Shown here: positions 49,255 through 59,009 of the stretch, piece after piece | How the letters are laid out: every line of letters begins with the position of its first letter | How positions within the stretch are numbered: position 1 is the first letter of the stretch | NCBI GenBank assembly: GCA_012267385.1 | Contig: JAAXGW010000024.1 | Span: forward strand, 19,536 to 83,535 | Source of the DNA: OMG group bacterium | GTDB taxonomy: Bacteria; Pseudomonadota; Gammaproteobacteria; Pseudomonadales; Azotimanducaceae | Length of the DNA stretch: 64,000 bases | Direction of reading: 5' to 3' | The notes under the pieces: model-generated | What the model was told of the DNA's origin: nothing | Databases searched by the model: none | Seen by the model: only the letters and a program-made list of their open reading frames with translations | Position numbers and translations under genes: made by a program

Positions 49255-50436
49255 ATGCCGGCGCTGCTATACGAGTGCTTTAGTGGTATAGCAGGAAACA
49301 TGAACTTGGGAGCACTCATCGACTTGGGTGTTCCACCCGATCATTTGCGCGCTGAGCTCTCGCGTTTGGGCCTGGACGCAGAGTTTGAACTCTCCATTGC
49401 TAGCGAAAGGAGCAATGGTATCGCTGGTACTTTGGTTCGTGTACTGTGTGAGCCTTCGGATGAGGTTCGTAATCTTAGCCGAATTAAAGGAATCATTCAC
49501 GGAGCACCCTACTCTGAGTGTGTTAAACACGCGGCGACAGGTACGTTTGAACTGCTAGCGGAAGCAGAAGCTAAAGTTCACGACACTGACATCAATAATG
49601 TTCACTTTCACGAAGTCGGAGCTGTCGATGCCATTGTCGACATCGTAGGAAGTGCTATAGCGATGGAATATTTGCAACCGACACAGGTGTATTGCGGACC
49701 AGTGGAACTTGGTGGAGGTACGGTAGAGAGCGAGCATGGAACTCTACCCGTGCCAGCCCCCGCAACTCTGCAGCTATTGCTCGACAAACCCACGACACGA
49801 GGCAATGTTCCATTTGAAGCTACTACACCGACAGGTGCAGCATTGCTCTGCAACTATGTCGATAGATTTGAACCTCCATCGTCGTTCCGGACAACACAAA
49901 TAGGTTATGGACTTGGTGAAAAGAAATCGTCGTTACCCAATGTTGTGCGAGTATCCATCGGAGAGTTGAGCGAATCTCTGCAGAGTGCAGAAAATGTCGA
50001 AATCGAATGCAACATCGACGATATGAATCCAGAGGCGTACGAATACTTGATTGATCAACTCTTCAAACTCGGAGCTGTCGATGTATTCCTAACGCCAATA
50101 ATCATGAAAAAATCTCGTCCTGCAAACAAGCTAACAGTCCTTGCGCCGTCAAAAAGTGAGGGCGCGTTAGTGAGAGAAATATTGCGCAGTACGACTACAT
50201 CTGGGGTGCGCATGCACACCGTCCAGAAACAGTTGTTGAATCGGGAAGTGCAATCTGTGATTACCAGTATCGGACAAGTAAGAGTGAAGACAGTACGGCT
50301 ACCCGATGGCGCATCGAGGTGGAAACTAGAACACGACGATGTACTCTCCATTGCAAAAGAGAACGAGTTGAGTTATCTTGAAGTGAAGCGAATAATAGAA
50401 CGTGAAGTGAACGATAAGATGGGGAACGATGCGTGA
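49255..50436 (+). CDS. larC: nickel-pincer cofactor biosynthesis protein LarC (DUF111)
   Basis: 393 aa. ...FSGIAGNMNLGALIDLGVP... and ...HFHEVGAVDAIVDIVG... are LarC/DUF111 hallmarks. Confidence 0.85.
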   Translation: MPALLYECFSGIAGNMNLGALIDLGVPPDHLRAELSRLGLDAEFELSIASERSNGIAGTLVRVLCEPSDEVRNLSRIKGIIHGAPYSECVKHAATGTFELLAEAEAKVHDTDINNVHFHEVGAVDAIVDIVGSAIAMEYLQPTQVYCGPVELGGGTVESEHGTLPVPAPATLQLLLDKPTTRGNVPFEATTPTGAALLCNYVDRFEPPSSFRTTQIGYGLGEKKSSLPNVVRVSIGELSESLQSAENVEIECNIDDMNPEAYEYLIDQLFKLGAVDVFLTPIIMKKSRPANKLTVLAPSKSEGALVREILRSTTTSGVRMHTVQKQLLNREVQSVITSIGQVRVKTVRLPDGASRWKLEHDDVLSIAKENELSYLEVKRIIEREVNDKMGNDA

Positions 50437-51169
50437 CTTAGAACAGATTCTGCAACAAGTTCGAGCTGGCAAGCTCGCTGTCGACGATGCAATGGTTCAG
50501 ATCAGTGAAGTTCAACACAAAACAATTGAGTCAACGACAATCGACCACGCGCGCGAGCAGCGAACCGGTACGCCCGAGGTAATTTACGGTGAGTACAAGA
50601 CCCCTCAACAAGTGCTCAAAGCATTTGAACTGATACTCGGGAACGGTAATAACACCTTAGCTACGCGACTACAACCGGAGGCATCGGAACTATTACTAGA
50701 TCGTATCGAAGGAGTCGTTTACGTGCCAGAGGCGAAGATAGCCTATAAGAAACTAACAGAACCAGAATGCCCGACCACTCATATCGGTGTGATAACCGCC
50801 GGTACTAGCGATTTGTCGGTTGCAGAAGAAGCAGCCATTACAGCAGAGTTTTACGGCAACGCTGTTGAACGGGTGTTTGACGTAGGGGTGGCAGGAGTAC
50901 ATCGACTATTTAGTAGGCTCGAAATCATTCGTTCGTGCCGAGTGCTCATTGTCGTAGCTGGTATGGAGGGAGCGCTTCCTAGCGTCGTCGGCGGGCTAGT
51001 CGATAAGCCGGTGATTGCCGTACCTACAAGCGTAGGTTATGGTGCGTCATTTCAGGGGATCGCAGCCTTACTAGGCATGTTGACTTCGTGCGCGTCGGGA
51101 GTTTCAGTTGTCAACATTGACAATGGATTTGGCGCCGGTTTTCTTGCAAACTCAATTAATCGATTATGA
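50429..51169 (+). CDS. larB: nickel-pincer cofactor biosynthesis protein LarB (PurE-like carboxylase/hydrolase)
   Basis: 246 aa. It overlaps the larC 3' end by 8 nt. It has ...DHAREQRTGTPEVIYG... and a PurE-like ...IGVITAGTSDLSVAEEA...VAGMEGALPSVVGGL... region. Confidence 0.85.
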   Translation: MRDLEQILQQVRAGKLAVDDAMVQISEVQHKTIESTTIDHAREQRTGTPEVIYGEYKTPQQVLKAFELILGNGNNTLATRLQPEASELLLDRIEGVVYVPEAKIAYKKLTEPECPTTHIGVITAGTSDLSVAEEAAITAEFYGNAVERVFDVGVAGVHRLFSRLEIIRSCRVLIVVAGMEGALPSVVGGLVDKPVIAVPTSVGYGASFQGIAALLGMLTSCASGVSVVNIDNGFGAGFLANSINRL

Positions 51170-51330
51170 AGCACACCTACATCGCATCGAGCTGTTCCCT
51201 AGCGGAGCACTATAAACTTCGACATCTAGTATGCGTTATGAGGTTGTGATGTGCGACAAAGACACACTGCTACATCCTTACTCATATACGTCCAACTCGA
51301 TAGCGATGCGCTGAAACCTATCCAAAGCAA

Positions 51331-52601
51331 CTAACAGTGGATCTTCGCGATCGTGTCCTGACGAGGCGCGCTTTGTGTAGAGACGTTGATCACTGAGCGG
51401 CAGTCTGCATGATCAGTTGCAGCTTTATCACTCTCTGTGGCGGCTTGCGATGAACAGATGTGTCTAACCAACCAATCCCAATTGAGTTTGACACCTCTGC
51501 GTTCTAAACCAAGCGCGAACCAAAGAGATTCCCGCAATCGCTCCGTGCTCAGAGTTCGCTCATTCTTCAGTTCTGTCCACTTCGAGTTATGTAACTTATC
51601 AGCAAACACGCCTCTGCCTAACAACGCTAGTCCCGCCGCTTCATCCCCTAGCTCTGCACCAAAATTTAAAAGAATGCTGATAAGATCGTATTCGTTAAAC
51701 GGTAGGGAAAACCGGGGATTTTTCGCTCGTTCGAGTAGTAACGTTTGTCGCTCGAATGACGACAGGAGAGACTCCGAATGTCTACGCAATGTTTTAAATT
51801 CCCTGGGTAGTTCTCAGCATTCAGCGCAACCTCGGAACCAAATTCCTTGCACTTTTCTTCCACCCACCGATATTCTAAATAACCTTGCCACATATCTGTG
51901 ATGTTGTCAGGTTCTGGTTCTTGAGCTTCAAAAATGTAGTAGTGTTCTAGATGAAAATACGTTTTAGCTTGCTTACTCCTCTCGCCCGCCAAATCGAAAC
52001 AAGCATGGTAGAACGTCGCATAATTGGTAAATGCTTCAGCATGACAAACTTCTTTAAGTCCCTTTTTCCAAAAAACCGTTTCCCATTCGCAGTCTGGTAG
52101 TGAGAGAGCTTCGGATATACGTTGGAGATCTTCGGCTGGATCTTCAAAAATGCGCTCGTAAGTCATAGGATTATCTAATATGACCAACGAAAACTCAGGT
52201 ATATTCTTAACGACAGCCAATCCATTCCTCTCAAAAGGATTCGTCTTTAGCGTATGGAGCTCTAACGCCGAAAGACATTCCTCAGAGATCACAAACTCTT
52301 GAACAAACGGCTTCGCGGCTTCTAATTCTGTTGGGAAATCTGACAGACCACATATTTCCCATACATCTTTGGACAGCTGGTTCATATTGGTCGATGACAC
52401 TGCTTCATCGGTCGTACCCAAGGTTTCCAATATGTGATTCGAGCTGTTTGTTACTTTACCAATTGAACTGGTTTCAGGTGTAGTGGACGAACTGGTAGAA
52501 TCACTGGTGAACTTAAATAGGTACAAGCCGACAGTCAAACAGGCGACAGTACCAAGACCGATGCCAATGATGGACCACGCAAATTGCTTACTTAATCGCA
52601 T
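51331..52601 (-). CDS. hypothetical N-terminally anchored protein whose reading frame is broken (two overlapping ORFs)
   Basis: ORF 51666-52601 (311 aa; TM: WSIIGIGLGTVACLTVGLYLF) and ORF 51331-51789 (152 aa) lie on the same strand and overlap by 124 nt. The downstream frame opens just before the point where a -1 shift at T-TTA-AAA (51798-51792) would join them: ...NYPGNLK|TLRRHSESLL... Confidence 0.55.
51792..51798 (-). other. X-XXY-YYZ heptamer T-TTA-AAA in the 0 frame at the ORF junction
   Basis: Read directly from the sequence. The minus-strand codons are AAT TTA AAA CAT in the upstream frame, and a -1 slip gives ...L K T L R R..., which is the downstream ORF frame. Confidence 0.35.
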
Positions 52602-53115
52602 AATTCAAAGTGATTGTAGCTGTAATCCGGTTGGTTTCGCACAGGTTTTCTTTCGAATCTGTTGAACTCACCAAGGAACTCTTTGTAGTCATCCTCGTCT
52701 TTCCATTTCTGCTCCTAACCATTGTCAATTCTTGCTTGATGTTCGTAATAGCGACTCACTATTGAACCAATGACGTCTAGTGTGGTAAGACTTTGTAGAG
52801 GTTTTCCTTGGGTTACAGCTGTGTTCGCATCACAAGACTAGCTTTGTGGATCGAACTCGCCCAAAGCTCTCTGTCATCTGATGTTCGAATGAAGATTAGT
52901 CTCTGAGAGAATCTAATAGTGGATTAATGTTTACTTGTAGAAAGAAGAAGGGTTGTAATGCAAGTCTATTGCGTGGTCCCAACGGTTGCAATCTCCACTA
53001 ACGAACCGTTCTTACGGAACACGAACAAGACCACTCTCTGAGCCACTCATTGTTGTAAATGAGCGAGTGAAGACTCGAATACTGTAACTATGGAATATCG
53101 AAGCTGATTGATGTA

Positions 53116-53760
53116 CTATACCCACATCATGATCCAGATACCCAAAACCATGAATGCCGATAGTAGCAAGCCATAGGGTACGAAAGCTACGATTCGCCAA
53201 TACACATTGCCCCGACCCTGCGGCTCTGTCCAGCTGCGTAATCCGAAGGCGACGATACGAGCACACCACATGAACGGCACAATCAACAAGCAGGCTGTTA
53301 TGAGTTCAATATACCATGGATCTGCCTTTGTGGTAGCACTCACAATAAGCTGAATGGCTAGTGCAATTACTAAGACTAGTGGCACCATGATCAAAGGAAT
53401 TGACGACCAACAACTAAATCCAAACCAATTCCGCCAAGGAATTGAGATGTTGAACAGCGTCGCCATTCCAAAATAGTACACTGATGTGAGAAGCCACCAA
53501 ATGCAGACAGAACCAACCGTATACAAAACAAAGAGCACCGTCCACACAAATCCAGAATTCATTTGCAACCAACTCTCACTTGAACCGCCATTACTCGCGT
53601 TAATTGCATCCCAATCAAATATGAGGACTGAAATCGCTACACACTGAAGCGTAAGAGAGACCAGTGTAAATAGAGCAGGAAAGAGTATCGGCGTCGAAGC
53701 TTTTATACCATCGAAATCCGCTCGGGAGTCAGCAAAACATATTTGCCACAGTCGCTTCAT
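53116..53760 (-). CDS. polytopic inner-membrane protein (Yip1-domain-like)
   Basis: 214 aa with about five hydrophobic helices. The family assignment is only an impression. Confidence 0.55.
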   Translation of the reverse strand: MKRLWQICFADSRADFDGIKASTPILFPALFTLVSLTLQCVAISVLIFDWDAINASNGGSSESWLQMNSGFVWTVLFVLYTVGSVCIWWLLTSVYYFGMATLFNISIPWRNWFGFSCWSSIPLIMVPLVLVIALAIQLIVSATTKADPWYIELITACLLIVPFMWCARIVAFGLRSWTEPQGRGNVYWRIVAFVPYGLLLSAFMVLGIWIMMWV

Positions 53761-53947
53761 CTAATCTCTTCCTCTCTGTTTACCTCACACCAATGAAGGA
53801 TGGGAAACAGTCTACGATTCATACCGACAATGGTTCCCCTGGAGAACTTGTTAGTCATATAAACAATAGACGCTTTCAAACAAATTTAGGTTACTACGTT
53901 ATACTGATACACTTCAATCGATTCATCTTGCAACCTCATTCGGCTTT

Positions 53948-54784
53948 ATGAAACCCCTGTCAAAGAGCGTACAGTCAAAATACGAAAAACTCTGTGCTGA
54001 GCTCCGTCGTATGGAGCGCGTAATTGTTGCCTTTTCTGGTGGTGTCGATAGTTCTCTCGTTTCCTATGTTGCGAATCGAGAACTTAAGCATGATGCTCTC
54101 ATCGTAACCTCAGGGTCCAAGAGTCTCAAGCGCGATGATTTGACACTTACCGAGACTCTTGCTCAAAAATGGAGTCTCAATCATCGAGTGATTATTACCG
54201 ACGAACTGAGTAAGCACTCGTACTTAAAGAATCCAGTCAATCGTTGCTTCCATTGTAAAACATCACTTTACGAGGCACTTTCCGATATTGCAGCAAACGA
54301 AGGAATTCAATGGATACTCAACGGGACTAACCGAGATGACTTGCAAGACCACAGACCTGGACTGATTGCGGCAAACAATTTCAATGTCGTATCTCCTCTT
54401 AGTGATGCGGGTTTCTCTAAAGCGGATGTTCGGGCAGTAGCTGAGTACTTGAATTTGGAAAACGCACAAAAACCTCAGGCTGCTTGCCTTTCCAGCCGTG
54501 TCCCGTACGGTACAACCATTGATGCGAATATTCTTGATCGGATAGAACAAGCCGAAAACTGCCTTGCAGAGCTTGGATTCACTCAATATCGAGTTCGACA
54601 CCACGGTGACGTTGCTAGACTAGAACTCATTCCAGAAGAGATGGATCAAGCACTAGCAAAAAAATCGATCATCGATGATCGACTGAAGGCATTCGGCTAC
54701 CGCTTCGTTGCATTGGACCTCGCTGGTTTTCGGTCAGGATCTCTCAATGAGGGATTGGTAAAAACAGTCTCCGTCAATTCGTAG
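53948..54784 (+). CDS. larE: ATP-dependent sacrificial sulfur transferase LarE (PP-loop ATP pyrophosphatase)
   Basis: 278 aa. It has the PP-loop VAFSGGVDSS and a conserved Cys context ...PQAACLSSRVPYG... Confidence 0.8.
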   Translation: MKPLSKSVQSKYEKLCAELRRMERVIVAFSGGVDSSLVSYVANRELKHDALIVTSGSKSLKRDDLTLTETLAQKWSLNHRVIITDELSKHSYLKNPVNRCFHCKTSLYEALSDIAANEGIQWILNGTNRDDLQDHRPGLIAANNFNVVSPLSDAGFSKADVRAVAEYLNLENAQKPQAACLSSRVPYGTTIDANILDRIEQAENCLAELGFTQYRVRHHGDVARLELIPEEMDQALAKKSIIDDRLKAFGYRFVALDLAGFRSGSLNEGLVKTVSVNS

Positions 54785-54792
54785 CGACTCAG

Positions 54793-55572
54793 TTGCGGAT
54801 TATTAGCTGGAATGTAAACGGATTGCGTGCCTTAGTCAAAAAGGGCGTGTTGCTGGAATTCCTTGAACATTCCCAAGCAGACGTTGTTACTTTGCAAGAG
54901 ACGCGGGTAAACGAGGCTCAACTACCACCTGAAGTTCGCGCTCTGGAAGGTTGGTACACATACTTCTCGGCGGCGGAACGATTAGGATACTCCGGGGTAG
55001 CAATCTTTAGTAGGAAACCGGCTGATAGAGTAATCACCACGTTACCCGAACCGAGATTCAATATTGAAGGTCGTTACCTCGTCGCTCAGTATGGTCGCAT
55101 GTCAATCGCTTCAATCTACTTTCCAAATGGTGCTGGAAAAGATCGGGACAACAGTCGTGTGCCGTACAAACTCGATTTCTACGATACTGCCCGACTTGAA
55201 CTTGAAAGATTACGAAAGATTGGTCCTGTTTTTGTTACTGGAGATTTCAATACAGCTCATACAGCGATAGATCTGGCGAGACCAAAATCTAACGAAAAGA
55301 CTTCAGGTTTTCTACCTATTGAGCGAGAGGCTCTTGATCAATGGACTCAAAGAGGTTGGATTGACACGTTTCGCAAGCGACATCCCAAACAAGCTGGGCA
55401 CTATACATGGTGGCGTCAATGGGGTGGTAGCCGTGAAAATAACGTGGGTTGGAGGATCGACTATGTTTTCGCGTCGCCTTCGGCCGACAAACGAGTTTCT
55501 TCTGCGTTCATCTGGCCGAATGTCTCAGGCTCAGATCACTGCCCTATAGGCGTTGATTTGAAACAGAAGTGA
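54793..55572 (+). CDS. xthA: exodeoxyribonuclease III
   Basis: 259 aa. MRIISWNVNGLRA..., ...LQETR..., ...GDFNTAH... and ...SDHCPI... are EEP/ExoIII hallmarks. TTG start. Confidence 0.9.
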   Translation: MRIISWNVNGLRALVKKGVLLEFLEHSQADVVTLQETRVNEAQLPPEVRALEGWYTYFSAAERLGYSGVAIFSRKPADRVITTLPEPRFNIEGRYLVAQYGRMSIASIYFPNGAGKDRDNSRVPYKLDFYDTARLELERLRKIGPVFVTGDFNTAHTAIDLARPKSNEKTSGFLPIEREALDQWTQRGWIDTFRKRHPKQAGHYTWWRQWGGSRENNVGWRIDYVFASPSADKRVSSAFIWPNVSGSDHCPIGVDLKQK

Positions 55573-55666
55573 GTGAAGCACAACTCTTGGGCGCGCGGTA
55601 TCAACGACTATCTGTAGTCGTCAATAAACTTAAAGATCAGGGATGTTCTATGGAATGTGGCTTGTT

Positions 55667-55936
55667 CTAGCCGTTAGAAGAGTTCGCGACTTGTTTATCG
55701 GTATAGCGGCTAGTGTGCGGCCCGGCTTGCATTGGCTCTCGACGCCAGCGCGAACGCGCACCAGTAAATCTAGTTTGTGCGTCTGCCTGCTCGGCGGCCC
55801 ACTCATCGTCAAGATTGCGCGCCTCAGCAAGACCATCCCTAGTCATTGGGAAATATTTTTGTCGCAGTACGCCGTTTACCGAACGGGCTACTCTGTAGCT
55901 TGTGTACTTGCCTTGTTTATGCTCATATATGCTCAT
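55667..55936 (-). CDS. small hypothetical protein, weak AP2/integrase-arm-like N-terminus
   Basis: 89 aa. ...GKYTSYRVARSVNGVLRQKYFPMTRDGLAEARNLDDEW... resembles a three-strand-plus-helix DNA-binding module. It lies in a visibly GC-richer patch and competes with the + ORF 55643-55960. This call is weak. Confidence 0.3.
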   Translation of the reverse strand: MSIYEHKQGKYTSYRVARSVNGVLRQKYFPMTRDGLAEARNLDDEWAAEQADAQTRFTGARSRWRREPMQAGPHTSRYTDKQVANSSNG

Positions 55937-56183
55937 GAATTACATCCTTGTAAGAGTTGAGAACGTTTATCATATCAAAATCCTCAATAAAAGTAAATAA
56001 ATTGACTCCCGACTCTTCTGTTGAAGACTATCTTCATCGCTCATGAACATGTCCTGAAACTTGAGTTGAATGAAGATTTCCGCCACAGAATGTCTAGGTG
56101 TCAATCGCTTATGACTTCCTTACGTTAAATAAGTTCCTCGACTTGCTAAAATTGGGTAAAGTTGTTTTGACCAATTCCCTACT

Positions 56184-57197
56184 ATGACTGTAAGACGTAA
56201 ATTTCTTCGAAATTCCATACTTGTCGGTTTAGGTGCTCCAGCGCTCTTAAAAGCAAGACCACTTTATGCGCAAACAGAATCCATTGACCTAGCTCGCGTA
56301 AAAGAATGGCCAACCATGAAATATACGACACTCGGTCGTACCAACTTCAAAGCTAGCCGTTTGGTGTATGGATGTGGAGCAGCCCTGTCGCGTAGAAAGA
56401 ACGACTCTTTGTTGAAAGTCGCGTTCGACGCGGGAATCAATGTGTACGACGTCGGAACTAGTCGATATTATGGAAGCGCAGAGCGCAACCTAGCTGACTT
56501 TGTAAAAGAGCATCGTGATGACATTTTTTTGATTTCTAAATCGTTTCTCAATGCATCAGAAAACGAAGAACCCTCGGTAAAACGTGCAACAGAACTAGCA
56601 CAACAATGGCGTAAGGATATGGAGCAAAGCTTGTCCCAACTGAAACAGGAACACGTTGACGCCTACTACACGATGGACGCAAAAAATCCTTTGATCGTAA
56701 AGAACGAGGAAATTTATCGAGAGTTTGAGCGCGCTAAGCAAGATGGTAAAGTCTCTTACTTCGGCTTGAGTACGCACAACAACGCTGCTGAAGTGCTTGC
56801 CGCAGCAGCAGAGACAGACTGGTATCACCTGGCTATGGTGGCCATTACTCCTGCTGGATGGTACGACTGGAACCGAAAGGCTGTGTTACCAGACTCGCCG
56901 CCAATGGTAGATCTCAAACCCGCGTTTGAAGATGCAAAGAAAGCGGACATCGCCTTGGTTGGCATGAAAGTAGCAAGGCACCTCGCACCAAGAATGTTTG
57001 GAGGTAAAAATGCGAAGAATCTCTATGAATCGCATTACTCCGAAAAACTTAAGAATTCAGAGTTTTCGGTATTTCAGAAGAGCTATGCATACGTTCTAGA
57101 GCACGGGATGGATGTTGTAAATTCCGATATCCAAAACTTCGACATCTTAGAAGAGAACTTTCTCGCCGCGGCGACTTCTCACGAATATGTCGATTAA
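56184..57197 (+). CDS. aldo/keto reductase with Tat signal
   Basis: 337 aa. It has the twin-arginine motif VRRKFLRNSILVGLGAPALLKA and an AKR core (...GINVYDVGTSRYYGSAE..., ...HVDAYYTMD...). Confidence 0.75.
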   Translation: MTVRRKFLRNSILVGLGAPALLKARPLYAQTESIDLARVKEWPTMKYTTLGRTNFKASRLVYGCGAALSRRKNDSLLKVAFDAGINVYDVGTSRYYGSAERNLADFVKEHRDDIFLISKSFLNASENEEPSVKRATELAQQWRKDMEQSLSQLKQEHVDAYYTMDAKNPLIVKNEEIYREFERAKQDGKVSYFGLSTHNNAAEVLAAAAETDWYHLAMVAITPAGWYDWNRKAVLPDSPPMVDLKPAFEDAKKADIALVGMKVARHLAPRMFGGKNAKNLYESHYSEKLKNSEFSVFQKSYAYVLEHGMDVVNSDIQNFDILEENFLAAATSHEYVD

Positions 57198-57330
57198 CTA
57201 GATGGTCCGGTCATACAAGACTCTCTGTAGTAGATGTAGCATTGCACTCAATCTATTAAAACCGTCAACAGCTAAGTTCTCTTAGAGTAATCACTCAGCT
57301 TTCGGTCTGAATTCTCGCGCTTCCTTTCCT

Positions 57331-58098
57331 ATGAACGCTAACTGGACTCTTACTAAAGATCCACTCGGTAATTCGACACATCAATTCGTCGCCGACTGTA
57401 TTGATCATCGCACAGTAACCGGATGTCTGTGGATTCCCGAGCAACAAACATGTCCTGGTGTCTTAGTCACCTTCATGCATGGTGCATCGGGGAATCGATT
57501 GCAGGCTCCGATCCCTTATCTCTCTAATCTGTTCGCAAACAGAGGAATAGCTTCACTCGCAATCGACGGCCCAGTTCACGGTCTAAGAAAAAAGTTGGAC
57601 GGAGGACGCATTGCGCTGTACGCGGAGATGAGTAAACCAAAAGCGTTCAACCATTTATTCAAAGATTGGGAACTTGCGATAGAACTCGTTGAGACGAAAC
57701 TGCAATCTTCCATTGAAACCATCGCCTACTTTGGCTTGTCAATGGGGACGTTTTTCGGCGTCCCCTATTTAGGCAATAGATTCCTCAGTGGAAAATCGAC
57801 TACCGTCGCCGTTCTAGGTCTAATGGGGCCGACCGGCGTGGTCTCACCATTTCGCAAACGACTGCTACGAGACGCCTCGAATGTCCATTGTCCATTGAAC
57901 TTTTTAATTCAACGAGACGACGAAATGTTTAGTCGTACCGGTTGTCTCGAGCTATTCAACGCACTAGCGAGCCAGTCTAAGCAGATACGGGAAAATCCTG
58001 GTAAACACGCTGAGGTACCGCTCTCTGAGTTCGATTACTCGCTCGAATTCATTTCTGATCAAATACTCGAAAATTTCGGCCCTCAAAAGAGCTCGTAG
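57331..58098 (+). CDS. alpha/beta-fold hydrolase (dienelactone-hydrolase-like)
   Basis: 255 aa with the nucleophile elbow YFGLSMGT. The length and topology fit a small serine hydrolase. Confidence 0.6.
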   Translation: MNANWTLTKDPLGNSTHQFVADCIDHRTVTGCLWIPEQQTCPGVLVTFMHGASGNRLQAPIPYLSNLFANRGIASLAIDGPVHGLRKKLDGGRIALYAEMSKPKAFNHLFKDWELAIELVETKLQSSIETIAYFGLSMGTFFGVPYLGNRFLSGKSTTVAVLGLMGPTGVVSPFRKRLLRDASNVHCPLNFLIQRDDEMFSRTGCLELFNALASQSKQIRENPGKHAEVPLSEFDYSLEFISDQILENFGPQKSS

Positions 58099-58305
58099 AG
58101 ATTGATCGACTCCTGCTGAAACACGTTTCCAAACACGCACGATTCGATCGAAATGACATACAATCATGCAAAATACAACGGTTGAACCTATTGAGTGTCA
58201 CACTTTTAGGAAAACTGCTCTAAAAGAGTCGTATTCGATGTTCCAACCTTCTACTCTTATAGTTTTAGTTTAGCAACTTCTCCATTTCACTGGTAACGGT
58301 AATTT

Positions 58306-58743
58306 ATGATTAGCTCAGGCTTAAATTCAATTCTCAGACTCTTTCAATCCGGCTCTGCAAAACAGTCAATTACTGATATTTTCAACGAAACGGTCCTAAT
58401 GACACTTGCAAGGACGACCAGCGCAGACACGAACATTAAGCACATCGAACTGGAAGCTGTACAACGAATCGTCAAGGACACTACTGGCGAAGAAGTAAGC
58501 CTCAGTGATATTCGCATTGCGGCAAAGTCTCACCTCTTTGAATCGGCTACGCTAGAACGGTATCTTGGATCAGTGGGAAAAGTACTAGACCTCAAACAAA
58601 AAATATCGATACTTGAATCGGTCGTTAGTGTCATACATTCCGATGCACGAGTAAGTTCTCGAGAAATTACGTTCTTTAACATGGTTTCTGACGCACTTGA
58701 CGTTACTCCTGCGGAACTGATGGGGTTAACCAAATCGGAGTAG
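58306..58743 (+). CDS. TerB-like (tellurite-resistance TerB family) protein
   Basis: 145 aa. ...DTNIKHIELEAVQRIV... and ...VIHSDARVSSREITFFNMVSDALDVTPAEL... resemble the two-lobed TerB fold pattern. Confidence 0.5.
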   Translation: MISSGLNSILRLFQSGSAKQSITDIFNETVLMTLARTTSADTNIKHIELEAVQRIVKDTTGEEVSLSDIRIAAKSHLFESATLERYLGSVGKVLDLKQKISILESVVSVIHSDARVSSREITFFNMVSDALDVTPAELMGLTKSE

Positions 58744-58907
58744 TTTCGAGATTCACCGATTAGCGTCTGCTGAGGACGCGGAAAGTTTTCCCGAGTTGCA
58801 CTTCATCTTTGGAGTGACTCCGTATAAAGGAGAGGCTAGTACGACGACTACCTGGAGTGATTTCCCGCAAGAATCGCTTATTTGCCCTCCTTATAATTTG
58901 TAACCGA

Positions 58908-58983
58908 TCCACCTTAGCTCAGTTGGTAGAGCAGCTGACTGTTAATCAGCTTGTCGCTGGTTCGAGCCCAGCAGGTGGAGCCA
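58908..58983 (+). tRNA. tRNA-Asn (anticodon GTT)
   Basis: TCCACCTTAGCTCAGTTGGTAGAGCAGCTGACTGTTAATCAGCTTGTCGCTGGTTCGAGCCCAGCAGGTGGAGCCA. The acceptor stem is TCCACCT/AGGTGGA, with anticodon loop CTGTTAA, T-loop TTCGAGC, discriminator G and an encoded CCA. Confidence 0.9.
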
Positions 58984-59009
58984 TTCAAACAAAGTAGCCT
59001 GTAAATTGA

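Noticed and set aside
53012-53269. An 85-aa minus-strand ORF overlapping the 3' end of the polytopic membrane-protein gene.
   Set aside because: It is an out-of-frame overlap with a better-supported gene, with no start context or recognisable motifs.
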